A stretch of 50,275 nt of DNA from positions 97,169 to 147,443 of the IMG/VR virus record IMGVR_UViG_2974540528_000001; one strand, written 5' to 3'. Position 1 is the first letter of the stretch. Each line of letters starts with the position of its first letter. Position numbers and translations under genes: made by a program. A model generated the notes under the pieces. That model saw only the letters and a list, made by a program, of their open reading frames with translations, did not search any database and was not told the origin of the DNA. Below are positions 41,036 to 50,251 of this stretch, piece after piece. Source of the stretch: a virus. Its lineage: Duplodnaviria; Heunggongvirae; Uroviricota; Caudoviricetes.

Positions 41036-43107
41036 GAGGGATAATGGGAAATGGACCGGATTGGGCGGCGTATCGCAAAGGTGGCAATGAAAACCCAAGA
41101 GCAGGTTTTGGAAGTAATCGCGGAGGCAAGTTGAGTTATAGTAACAATCGAGCAGAAGAGACCCTGGAATCAGTGCTGTCTGGCACCCGCATCATGGCTG
41201 TTCCCGAAATGAGTCTCTCTCTTGAAGCAGCACAGTATTTTAAGATCCGTTCTGCGGTATCCCCGGCGGATGGTATCACCCCGGTAGCAACATACTTGCC
41301 CTATTATGATAAGTATGGGAAACTGACGGGATTCAAGAAACGTGACTGGACGTTACAGAAGGAAAAGACAGGACACTTTTCAACTGTTGGTGCTGTGAAG
41401 GCATCATCTCAGTTCTTCGGGCAGCATGAAGCCTCTATGGGTGTTGGTCGTAAGCAGATCAATATCGTGGAAGGTGAAGGTGACGTATGCGCCGCATGGC
41501 AGGCAGCGTATGAGATGGTTAAGGCTATGTCCACCAGTCCAAAGGCCAGTAAAGGCGTTAAAGACTGGGCGGATAGCATCTTAAAAGGTATCCGTCATAT
41601 TCAGAACGACGAGGACATTGGAGGTCTTCCGACACTACCCTATGTTGGATTAAACTGTGGTACTGCAAACGCTGTTGATACTTTCGCAAACAACGAGAAG
41701 TTCATTCGCAGTTATGAGAAGGTAGTCTTGGGCTTTGATAACGACGAAGCCACAGCATTAGAAAAAGAAAAGAAAATAAAGAAAGGTAAAGAAGCAACCG
41801 ACGATGTCGCTAGCTTCCTGCTGTCAGAAAACATTTACGTTGTGCGATATCCTAACGAGCGTAATGACCCGGATGGCTTTAAAGACATTCGTGACATGTA
41901 TGATGCAGGTAAGGTACGCGAGCTTTATGCAATGTTTACCAAAGCAGACGATCGCTATGTTCCTGATAAGCTTATCGGTCTTAAGGATATTACCATTGAG
42001 AATCTTCGCAAGAAGAAAAAAGATGGTGTTCCATTACCAGGGCTACCCGGCCTATATAACCTGACCCGTGGCCCCCGTACTGGTGAGCTTTGGACATTGA
42101 CAGGCCCGTCTGGTGGTGGTAAGTCTACAATCTCTCGTAAGATTGAATACGCGATCATTGATTATCTTCGTGATATGTCAATTCCCCGCCTAGATGGCTG
42201 GACCGAGAGTGAGAAAGTAGCCATCATCCGTCTGGAAGAGGATGAAGAAGAGTCTGTAAACAGCTTGTATGCTGAAGAGCTGAAGGTGGACCCTAAGGCA
42301 TTTGTTGCTGACCCGGAGCAGTTCTTAACCGAAGAGCAACACCTTGAGATTCACCAACGCTGGATTCGGGAAGATAAGATTAAGATCTTTGATCACTTCG
42401 GTTCTATCCCGACAGACCAGCTTATTCAGAAACTTAAGCAGATGGTGTTCCTTGATGGTTGTAAATGGATCATCCTCGATCACCTGTCAATGGTAATCTC
42501 TGGTCTTAAGTCCGACAACGAACGTCGAGACCTTGATAACATCATGACCGAGCTGGCAGCTTTCTGTAAGAAGTACGATGTTTTCATCTTATCAATCAGC
42601 CACATGAAGCGTAAAGAACTTCAGCTTCCGAAAGATAAAGATGGGAATCTATTGCCGTTCTGGTATCCGGTCCGTAAAGAAGACCTGCGCGGTTCTGCGG
42701 CCCTTGAACAACTCTCATGGGTGGTTCTGGGTGTTGAACCAGAAGAGCTTCCTGACCGCTCCCGTGGACGTGTACGTATCGTGGTGCTGAAGAACCGCCC
42801 ACACAAAAAACTGGGTATCGCTGATACAATGGTTATGGATGACAACGGGCAGTTCTCCGATGCTTCCGGCTGGGAATGGGAAGATGGGATGTTCAAGCTT
42901 AATGGTGAAGTTATGCTTCGTCCTCAGAGCCTGATCCATCAACTATCCCTGGAAACTCCGGTTGGAAAGGTCAATGTCCCGGCACCTGAGTATAAGCCAA
43001 CCATCGATCTTGACAGGACCCCCGTTCCTACTCTTGGTCCTGACGATGATACGCCTTTCGCCCCGATAGGATTGCAATACGCAAAACATGCAATTTATGT
43101 AATTTAA
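41032..43107 (+). CDS. Primase-helicase (T7 gp4-like); alternative start 41044
   Basis: TOPRIM VEGEGD and GFDND; Walker A GPSGGGKST; ILDHL; LRGS; KNR. Confidence 0.9.
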   Translation: MRGIMGNGPDWAAYRKGGNENPRAGFGSNRGGKLSYSNNRAEETLESVLSGTRIMAVPEMSLSLEAAQYFKIRSAVSPADGITPVATYLPYYDKYGKLTGFKKRDWTLQKEKTGHFSTVGAVKASSQFFGQHEASMGVGRKQINIVEGEGDVCAAWQAAYEMVKAMSTSPKASKGVKDWADSILKGIRHIQNDEDIGGLPTLPYVGLNCGTANAVDTFANNEKFIRSYEKVVLGFDNDEATALEKEKKIKKGKEATDDVASFLLSENIYVVRYPNERNDPDGFKDIRDMYDAGKVRELYAMFTKADDRYVPDKLIGLKDITIENLRKKKKDGVPLPGLPGLYNLTRGPRTGELWTLTGPSGGGKSTISRKIEYAIIDYLRDMSIPRLDGWTESEKVAIIRLEEDEEESVNSLYAEELKVDPKAFVADPEQFLTEEQHLEIHQRWIREDKIKIFDHFGSIPTDQLIQKLKQMVFLDGCKWIILDHLSMVISGLKSDNERRDLDNIMTELAAFCKKYDVFILSISHMKRKELQLPKDKDGNLLPFWYPVRKEDLRGSAALEQLSWVVLGVEPEELPDRSRGRVRIVVLKNRPHKKLGIADTMVMDDNGQFSDASGWEWEDGMFKLNGEVMLRPQSLIHQLSLETPVGKVNVPAPEYKPTIDLDRTPVPTLGPDDDTPFAPIGLQYAKHAIYVI

Positions 43108-43118
43108 TACCAACTGAG

Positions 43119-43159
43119 AGGTGGGCGACGGTACAGTCTAGCCCACCTTGAATAGGAGG
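43119..43159 (+). promoter_or_regulatory. Hairpin immediately 5' of the polymerase Shine-Dalgarno
   Basis: AGGTGGGC-GAC/GTC-GCCCACCT stem, then AGGAGG. Confidence 0.6.
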
Positions 43160-43163
43160 AATC

Positions 43164-45878
43164 ATTAAAGGTCTGTTTATACTGGATAACGAGGCCGATG
43201 GCCTGTTAGACGAAGTAACGAAGTACCATTGTACTTTGCTGAAAGAATTTGGGGTCAACAACTGGAATCTGTTTTTAGACCCCGCACACCCAGAATATGA
43301 AAGCGCTGTAGCCTTTGCCAGGAGCAAGAAGGATGTTAACCTTACAATTCGTTCATACGACGAGCTGGAAAGCTTCCTGAAGACGTGTAGGGCCATTGCG
43401 TGTCACAACCTGTTTGGCTATGACCTGCGTCTATGGAAGAAGTTATCGGGCATTGAATATGATATGTTCAAAGATCCGAAGTGCATGGGGACGATTGGGG
43501 ATACACAGGTAAATCTCTACGACACCCTCTCTATGAGCCGTGTGCTTTATCCTGACCGTCCATTACCTAACGGTTGCCCTGACTCTGTTCTTAACCCGGT
43601 AACCGGGAAACGAGACCGTGTAGGTCCTCATGGCCTGTTGGCCTGGGGCTACCGCGTAGCAAACAAGAAAGTTCAGATCGATGACTGGCGTAACCAACCA
43701 TTGTGGGAATACGTTAACCGTGTCTGGGAAGACGTTTTAATCAACGAATTGACATGGCAATCCCTGATCGATGAATCTACAGGTGCTCGCTGGCCTGATG
43801 ACAAGCAGTTCATGTACAAAGATAAGCCGGAAGGGATGCGGCAGATCAACTGGAAGAACGCGCTACGCCGCCGTATGTTGACTGATTACCTGATGATTGA
43901 GCAAGAAATTCAGGGTGTTCCATTCAATAAGCATGAAGCTGAAAAGCTGAGAGACCGTATTGATGTAATGATGAAAGAGATTGAGGAAGAAGTAGAACCT
44001 CAACTCCCGCTCAAAGAGATGACGAAGTCTCAACAGCCAAAATTCCCTGCTAATCCTTTTGATGGTGCAGGAAGAATTTCCCATCACGGGTGGAATTGGT
44101 TAGAATACAAGCTGGGCTATCCAGTTAATCGTGAAGCGCTGGAATTCAAAGGTCCACCGAAGACGGCGTTTAAAGGTAACGGTGATGTAAGTGCAGCAGG
44201 GGAAAGATACTGTATCCAGAATGGTGTTGAAGACCCGGCAGCGATGCCAGACTTCATTAGAAGCCAGATAAAGAAAGAGAATACCCTTGTCCCATTGCCA
44301 CCAGACCTAATGGAAAAGGCAATTGCCGATCTTCGTGCTGGAAAGATGCCAGACCTGATGGTTCCGATGAAGATCTCGAACCAGGACGACATCAAGAAGT
44401 ATCTGATCCGCGATGCGGGATGGAAACCAACGCTCTGGCGTGTTAAAGATGTGACGAAAGACCAGTTCAAAAAGACCCGCGATGATGCGGAGGTTGATGG
44501 CCTGGTGCGTAAGTACATCGAAGAACTTGGAGAGTCTGAGTATAAATCTCTGATTCTTGAGCACTTAAATAATAGTGACGCAAAGTTCAATATCTCGGAA
44601 AACAAGTTCGACCATCGTCATGGTTCTGATCGTGTTTACGAGGAGATCTTCAAGAAGTTCAGACGCAAAGCTCGTCAACTGCCGACGTCACCACAGTTGA
44701 AGGATAACTTTGGCAAGCTGTGTCCCAACCTTGAAGTTATCGATGTTCACTTGGCTAAACAGATTGTTAAGTGGCTGTCATTACGTAACCGTCGTTCTGT
44801 TCTCGACCCTATTGACGAGGATAAAAACGATACAGGGCTGTTGAATCATCCTCGCCTGGCGATTGATGGAAAACTTCCAGCTCGTTTCTCTGGTATCACT
44901 AACACCGGGCGTTGTAAGCACACCATTTGTGCAAACATGCCTAAGCCAGACCCTAAGGTGTTGTTGGGTAAAGAGATGCGTGGCCTCTGGGGTGTTACCG
45001 ATGAATATTACCAGGTCGGTATCGATGGTTCTAACCTCGAAGGTATGATCGCGGCATGGGGTGCATATCAGTTCGATGGTGGTGAATACCTCCGTATCAT
45101 GGAAAGTGGAGATGCCCACGCACGAAACGCCGAGGCATACACCAAAGCTTCTGGTACTCTGGTAACGCGTAACGGTGGTAAAGGGGTAACCTACGGCATC
45201 ATGTATGGTGCTCAGGCAGCTAAGATTGCAGCAATGCTTCACATTTCCCTTGACAAGGCACAGGCGGTAATCGATGCTTTCTGGGATAGTAACTTTGGTT
45301 TGAAAGGTCGTAAAGAATGGCTTGAAAACTTCTGGGAAGCAACTGGGAAACGTTATATCCCTGGCCTCGATGGTCGTAAGATTTGGACCCGTTCTAAGCA
45401 CTCTCTTCTGAATGCTTTCCAGCAAAATGGTGGTGCATCTCTATTCGATCTGGTTGGTATCCTGCTTCACTGGGAACTGATCAAGCGTGGCTGGTATGAT
45501 GATGACGTTCGTCGCCTGATTTACTACCACGATGAATACCAGCTTCAGGTTCCTAAGAAATACCTGAAGAAGTGGGAGTTTGACACCCTGGAAGAGGCAA
45601 CAGCTTTCGTAAAAGAATGGGAAGCAAAAGGCCGCGTATTTGACGGGCATGAGTGGAGAAAGGCCGTCAAAGATGAAAATGGTGATAAAGTCAAGGATGC
45701 GGAAGGCAATACAGTCTACGAGGGTATTTTTGGAGAGGATGGTAAAATTCACATCCAGTATTGCCCTGTTGGTGAAATGGTTGTAAAATGTGTAGAGAAG
45801 GCCGCTCGTATCATGGGAAGCCCCGTGCATATTACAGGAGCATACCTGACTGGACGATCCTGGGCTGATTGCCATTAA
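43164..45878 (+). CDS. Family A DNA polymerase with 3'-5' exonuclease; apparent ATT start
   Basis: ExoI DNEADG at 43185 onward; motif A DGSNLE, motif B K..TYG..YG, motif C HDE. Confidence 0.92.
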   Translation: MKGLFILDNEADGLLDEVTKYHCTLLKEFGVNNWNLFLDPAHPEYESAVAFARSKKDVNLTIRSYDELESFLKTCRAIACHNLFGYDLRLWKKLSGIEYDMFKDPKCMGTIGDTQVNLYDTLSMSRVLYPDRPLPNGCPDSVLNPVTGKRDRVGPHGLLAWGYRVANKKVQIDDWRNQPLWEYVNRVWEDVLINELTWQSLIDESTGARWPDDKQFMYKDKPEGMRQINWKNALRRRMLTDYLMIEQEIQGVPFNKHEAEKLRDRIDVMMKEIEEEVEPQLPLKEMTKSQQPKFPANPFDGAGRISHHGWNWLEYKLGYPVNREALEFKGPPKTAFKGNGDVSAAGERYCIQNGVEDPAAMPDFIRSQIKKENTLVPLPPDLMEKAIADLRAGKMPDLMVPMKISNQDDIKKYLIRDAGWKPTLWRVKDVTKDQFKKTRDDAEVDGLVRKYIEELGESEYKSLILEHLNNSDAKFNISENKFDHRHGSDRVYEEIFKKFRRKARQLPTSPQLKDNFGKLCPNLEVIDVHLAKQIVKWLSLRNRRSVLDPIDEDKNDTGLLNHPRLAIDGKLPARFSGITNTGRCKHTICANMPKPDPKVLLGKEMRGLWGVTDEYYQVGIDGSNLEGMIAAWGAYQFDGGEYLRIMESGDAHARNAEAYTKASGTLVTRNGGKGVTYGIMYGAQAAKIAAMLHISLDKAQAVIDAFWDSNFGLKGRKEWLENFWEATGKRYIPGLDGRKIWTRSKHSLLNAFQQNGGASLFDLVGILLHWELIKRGWYDDDVRRLIYYHDEYQLQVPKKYLKKWEFDTLEEATAFVKEWEAKGRVFDGHEWRKAVKDENGDKVKDAEGNTVYEGIFGEDGKIHIQYCPVGEMVVKCVEKAARIMGSPVHITGAYLTGRSWADCH

Positions 45879-45882
45879 CGAT

Positions 45883-45904
45883 AGGGGCTTCGGCCCCTTT
45901 TTTC
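45883..45904 (+). terminator. Rho-independent terminator
   Basis: AGGGGC-TTCG-GCCCCT followed by T run. Confidence 0.9.
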
Positions 45905-45916
45905 ATAGGAGAAATC

Positions 45917-46144
45917 ATGTTCCCGAACAAACCTAAAGAAGCAACCCATTATTTTATGTATCCAGGGCATCCTACTCCTGGCGGCAATTGGGCGTACTAT
46001 GTCAGCTTTTTCAGGAAAGTTGCAGGTGAGTGGATGGTGTACACTACCGATACCGACAATGAGTACCCCGGCTGGTCATTGGCTTCTAGACGCTATAAGA
46101 ATAAAAGCTTCGAGACCATGATTGAATATTTGCAAGAAATTTAA
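45917..46144 (+). CDS. Hypothetical protein
   Basis: AGGAG RBS. Confidence 0.75.
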   Translation: MFPNKPKEATHYFMYPGHPTPGGNWAYYVSFFRKVAGEWMVYTTDTDNEYPGWSLASRRYKNKSFETMIEYLQEI

Positions 46145-46152
46145 AAATAGTG

Positions 46153-46181
46153 TTGACAGCCGTTTCGAATAGCATTAAAGT
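46153..46181 (+). promoter_or_regulatory. sigma70 promoter
   Basis: TTGACA-17-TAAAGT. Confidence 0.75.
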
Positions 46182-46239
46182 GTATCACATGAAGACGAGA
46201 GACCTCGCTTCAAAATAACTTCACAAACAGGAGAACGAA

Positions 46240-48270
46240 ATGACCGCAAAATATGAAACCGTACCTTACGCTGACTTCGTAAAAGCTCTGAAAGCTCAGT
46301 TCGCTGTCATGCAAGCGCTGGGTGCGCTTTACACGGTCGATGTACCGAAAGATGAACTGTACGATCTGTACCTCGACTCTTTCCCGGAAGGCACCAATCT
46401 GATGTATAAAGAGCGCCGTGAATATGACTGTAACTGCTGCAAGAGCTACATCCGTACTCTGGGCCGAGTAGTCGCGATTCACAACGGCAAGCTGGTCTCT
46501 ATTTGGGACGTTAAAGTTGGTGGTTACTACCAAGTTGTTGCCGATGCGATGAAAGCGCGTGTTGAAAGCGCCGAGATCCGCGATCGCTTCTTCCACTTCG
46601 AAGGCCGCGTTGGTACTGAGAGCAACGTAGCTCTGCTGGAAAATGGGAAAACCAAAACCTGGACCCACTTCCATCAGGCCCTGCCTCGCGAACTGGTTAA
46701 ACGTGGTGAAGATATCCCTTCTGCCCTGGGTGAGTACCGTGACAACGCAACTGTGCTGGCACGTTCTCTGAAAGATATCGATATGGACTCTGCCGAAACG
46801 GTAATGGACCTGATCAACCAAGGCTCTCTGTACCGTGGTGATGAGAAAAAGCACATTGTTGCTGCCTTTATTAAGGCGAAACGTGCATACGACAAAACGC
46901 CGGAAGATCAGCGAATGAACTTCTGCTGGAAACAAAGTGAAACGCTGGGTAAACTGGGCCGCTTCCGTAATGATGTCATCGGTACACTGATGAGCGATCT
47001 GGCAGAAGGTATTGATCTTGAAGCCGCAGTGAAGTCCTTTGAAGACAAAGTCTCAGGGACCAACTACAAGCGTACTACAGCTCTGGTAACTCCGGGCATG
47101 ATCAAGGCAGCACAAGAGAAGGTTGAAGCCCTCGGCTTGACTGAATCTCTGGCACGTCGCTTTGCGGTGACCTCTGACCTGACGATCAACAACGTGTTGT
47201 TTGCTGACCGTTCTGCAAAGGCCCAGATGAACGTATTCGAGCAACTGGCAGCGTCAACCAAAAACGCGCCGAAGTCACTGTCGAAAGTAGAAGAGATCAG
47301 CATTGAGGATTTCATCAATAACGTTCTGCCGAAAGCGGACACTATCGAAGCGCTGGTTGAAGGTCGTCTGACACCGAACCTGATGAGCCTGGTTGCCCCG
47401 GCAAACGCAGGTGCTCCTAACCTGTTCAAATGGGATAACGGCTTCTCCTGGTCGTATAATGGCGAAGTAACTGACTCCATCAAGGAGCGTGTGAAAGCCG
47501 CTGGCGGTAGCGTGACTGGTGACCTGCGTGTTTCGTTGTCCTGGTACAACAGTGATGACCTCGACCTGCACGTATTCGAGCCTGGTGGTGGTCAAATTTA
47601 CTTCGGTAACAAACGTGGTCGCTCAACGGGTACGCTGGATGTGGATATGAATGCCTATGGCAAGTCAGACGCACACCATCCGGTTGAGAACGTTACGTGG
47701 GAAAATGAGCGTAATATCACGGAAGGTGTTTACAAGGTTGTTGTTAACAACTATAATAAGCGCATGACTGATCGCGTTGGCTTCGAAGTACAGATGGAAT
47801 ACAAAGGCCAAGTGTTCAACTTTGCATACCCGCAAGCTTTGGGTAATAGCAAGAGCCAGACCGTTGTAACCTTTAAGTATTCTCGTGCGAAAGGTGTTGA
47901 AATTGTAGACAGCATCGGGCATACTAAGCAATCTAAAGAAGTATGGGGCGTCTCTACCGAGACCTTCCAGAAAGTTTCTCTGGTGCTGAATTCTCCTAAC
48001 TTCTGGGATGGTCAGACCAAAGGTAACAAACACTACTTCTTTATGCTGGAAGGTTGCATTAACCCTGACGATACTCGTGGCTTCTACAATGAGTATCTGC
48101 GTGACGAGCTGCATGAGCATCGTAAAGTGTTCGAAGTGTTGGGTTCCAAGCTCAAAGCTGAACACTCCACTGATCAACTGAGCGGCCTAGGCTTCTCGTC
48201 TACCCAGCGTAACGAGTTGGTTGTGAAGGTTACTGGTTCTTTCAACCGCACCCTGAAGATTAAATTCTGA
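46240..48270 (+). CDS. Large hypothetical protein with a YfaP/DUF2135-like domain
   Basis: CNCC near the N-terminus; SLSW..DDLDLHV.EP..LDVD..ENV.W. Confidence 0.8.
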   Translation: MTAKYETVPYADFVKALKAQFAVMQALGALYTVDVPKDELYDLYLDSFPEGTNLMYKERREYDCNCCKSYIRTLGRVVAIHNGKLVSIWDVKVGGYYQVVADAMKARVESAEIRDRFFHFEGRVGTESNVALLENGKTKTWTHFHQALPRELVKRGEDIPSALGEYRDNATVLARSLKDIDMDSAETVMDLINQGSLYRGDEKKHIVAAFIKAKRAYDKTPEDQRMNFCWKQSETLGKLGRFRNDVIGTLMSDLAEGIDLEAAVKSFEDKVSGTNYKRTTALVTPGMIKAAQEKVEALGLTESLARRFAVTSDLTINNVLFADRSAKAQMNVFEQLAASTKNAPKSLSKVEEISIEDFINNVLPKADTIEALVEGRLTPNLMSLVAPANAGAPNLFKWDNGFSWSYNGEVTDSIKERVKAAGGSVTGDLRVSLSWYNSDDLDLHVFEPGGGQIYFGNKRGRSTGTLDVDMNAYGKSDAHHPVENVTWENERNITEGVYKVVVNNYNKRMTDRVGFEVQMEYKGQVFNFAYPQALGNSKSQTVVTFKYSRAKGVEIVDSIGHTKQSKEVWGVSTETFQKVSLVLNSPNFWDGQTKGNKHYFFMLEGCINPDDTRGFYNEYLRDELHEHRKVFEVLGSKLKAEHSTDQLSGLGFSSTQRNELVVKVTGSFNRTLKIKF

Positions 48271-48482
48271 TGAAAACGGGGTTGCAACCAACCCCGGTAA
48301 CTGATAGACTCGTTGCATGTCTGGAGGGGTTCGCTCCTCCAGAAAATCCTTACCAAAGGATATGCAATGAGTTCGGGTGTGCGTACATAACTGCAAAGAA
48401 AATGTTGCACTCCTTTACGTACCGGGCAACTGAACAACAATTGGCTGCGATTCTTGAAGAACGCAGCATACTGAAAAACTAA
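48270..48482 (+). CDS. Hypothetical protein
   Basis: TGATG overlap. Confidence 0.6.
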   Translation: MKTGLQPTPVTDRLVACLEGFAPPENPYQRICNEFGCAYITAKKMLHSFTYRATEQQLAAILEERSILKN

Positions 48483-48499
48483 AAGAGGAGAACAAAAAT

Positions 48500-48919
48500 A
48501 TGTCAATCATCAATACTACCATCGCAAATACCGCTACCCTGTTCGAACTGGCTACCCGTAAAAAACTGCGTTTTGCAAGCCCGAAAGGTCTACTGACCAC
48601 AGAAGATCTGTGGGATCTGCCGATGACTGGTAATACCAGCCTGGATACGGTTTCCAAACTGGCTAACCGTGATGTGAAAGCATCTGCTGAAGAAAGTTTC
48701 GTTGTCGAGGCCAGTGCTGTAAATGGCGAAGCAAACCTGAAACTGGATATCCTGAAGTACATCATCTCGGTGCGTAAAGCGGAGATCGCGGATCGCCAGG
48801 CAGCGAAAGAGAAGGTTGAGCGTAAGCGTAAACTTCTGGACCTGCTGGCAGAGAAGGATAACGAGAAAGATGCAGCGATGTCTCGTGAAGAGATCCTGAA
48901 AGAGCTGGAATCTCTGTAA
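48500..48919 (+). CDS. Coiled-coil hypothetical protein
   Basis: LRF.SPKGLLTTEDLWDL; GAGGAG RBS. Confidence 0.85.
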   Translation: MSIINTTIANTATLFELATRKKLRFASPKGLLTTEDLWDLPMTGNTSLDTVSKLANRDVKASAEESFVVEASAVNGEANLKLDILKYIISVRKAEIADRQAAKEKVERKRKLLDLLAEKDNEKDAAMSREEILKELESL

Positions 48920-48929
48920 TCTGCCCGCC

Positions 48930-48950
48930 AAGGCCCTTCGGGGCCTTTTT
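48930..48950 (+). terminator. Rho-independent terminator
   Basis: AAGGCCC-TTCG-GGGCCTT followed by T run. Confidence 0.9.
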
Positions 48951-48964
48951 GTGTTGGAGGATAA

Positions 48965-49324
48965 ATGAAAGTAACTGGCAAACAAACTATTGTACAGAAT
49001 GTGGAAGTAGATATCTCTGATGAAGAGATCATGAATATTGTCAAGGCACAAACACCAGACTACCTCGCAGATGTCCTCACCAAAGAACTGCTGAGGGACT
49101 TCATCTATAGATTACCAGCAGATTTTACTGGTGAGCGGGCCGTGTGGGAAACACGTAAAAGAGGATATGAACCGTTTCTTGTACTTGTCCATGTAGACGC
49201 CTGGTGGGACTACCACAACAATGTTGGTGTGGATGAAGAAGTCAGACCGCTCACCGAAGAAGAAACGGCAAAATATAATATGATTTGCGGTTTGCGGGAC
49301 TACATTAAGGAGCTGCAAAAATAA
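48965..49324 (+). CDS. Hypothetical protein
   Basis: GGAGGA RBS. Confidence 0.8.
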   Translation: MKVTGKQTIVQNVEVDISDEEIMNIVKAQTPDYLADVLTKELLRDFIYRLPADFTGERAVWETRKRGYEPFLVLVHVDAWWDYHNNVGVDEEVRPLTEEETAKYNMICGLRDYIKELQK

Positions 49325-49328
49325 TTCA

Positions 49329-49365
49329 AAAGCCTCTTGACTTCATGGTTGAGGGGCTTTATTGT
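49329..49365 (+). promoter_or_regulatory. sigma70 promoter overlapping a terminator-like hairpin
   Basis: TTGACT-17-TATTGT; AAAGCCTCT/AGGGGCTTT. Confidence 0.7.
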
Positions 49366-49393
49366 TATGGAAGCTAAATAACCTGGAGGGTGT

Positions 49394-49561
49394 ATGTTAG
49401 AGGCAATCAATTATTTCTTTTTAGTTCTGGCAGCAGTGGCCTGTGTTTCTTGTGCCTTCGGCGCTGTCTTTTCAAAAGATGAAACACACCGCACGGTGTA
49501 CGTAGGTTGTGCAGTCATCAACGCTGCTTTTACGGTGCATCTCTGGAGTATCGCCCTATGA
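49394..49561 (+). CDS. Small membrane protein (55 aa)
   Basis: GGAGGG RBS; two TM segments. Confidence 0.7.
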   Translation: MLEAINYFFLVLAAVACVSCAFGAVFSKDETHRTVYVGCAVINAAFTVHLWSIAL

Positions 49562-49752
49562 AGCTTTCACATTTTATTTATGCAGTGTTAGGCCTTATGG
49601 CCCTGACCATGCTGACAACGTTGGGGCTTTCATTTACAGCAGACCATGAGCAACAAACAAAAGAAATTTTGGGAGCAGGTTTCGGTATGTTTATGCTTGA
49701 ATTCTTCCTGCTTCTTTTGGGCGGTGTGATTGTCGATACTTCCGGCTGGTAA
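49558..49752 (+). CDS. Small membrane protein
   Basis: ATGA coupling; two TM segments. Confidence 0.75.
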   Translation: MKLSHFIYAVLGLMALTMLTTLGLSFTADHEQQTKEILGAGFGMFMLEFFLLLLGGVIVDTSGW

Positions 49753-49762
49753 GGAGAAATAA

Positions 49763-49969
49763 ATGCGTGGATTCATGCCTTGGGTGCGTCCGTTGGTTAT
49801 TGTGATTGTTGTTGCAGTTGTCGCCTACATATCGCTTGACATCGCAGATAACGTGACCCATAATTGCAAGCCTAACGGTGAGCAACGCCTTGCTAACTCG
49901 GTTGATGGTGTTATCGTTGAGAACAAACTGATCTGCGACGGTGGTCGAGTGAAGTGGTCTCGCTACTAA
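49763..49969 (+). CDS. Small anchored protein with two Cys
   Basis: AAGGAG RBS; N-terminal TM segment. Confidence 0.75.
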   Translation: MRGFMPWVRPLVIVIVVAVVAYISLDIADNVTHNCKPNGEQRLANSVDGVIVENKLICDGGRVKWSRY

Positions 49970-50002
49970 ATTCTGACTAAATAATCTCAAGAGGAGATTC
50001 AA

Positions 50003-50251
50003 ATGAAAAAGATTATCCTAGCCGCCCTGCTCGCGCTTTCTTGCTCTGCACAAGCAACAGAGTTTTATCCTGAAGCAAACCCGAATGATATTAACGAGTC
50101 CGTTGATAGTGAACTGGCAAAGTCCCTACTGAAACGCGACACCCTTGAATTGAAAATTAAAATCGCAGAGCTTGAAGTGGAACTTGCCAAAATGAAGAAG
50201 ACTCAAGTTCTATACAGCATTGCCCTTGAATCAATGGAGAAAAACAAATGA
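50003..50251 (+). CDS. Secreted coiled-coil protein
   Basis: MKKIILAALLALSCSAQA signal peptide. Confidence 0.8.
   Translation: MKKIILAALLALSCSAQATEFYPEANPNDINESVDSELAKSLLKRDTLELKIKIAELEVELAKMKKTQVLYSIALESMEKNK

Noticed and set aside
43164-45878. Intron or intein in the DNA polymerase
   Set aside because: Frame is continuous with no intein splice or LAGLIDADG motifs; extra length is due to insertions
44117-48177. Long minus-strand ORFs (44117-44605, 44781-45425, 46210-46935, 47064-47549, 47665-48177)
   Set aside because: Shadows expected opposite strongly codon-biased genes; no RBS, promoter or motifs
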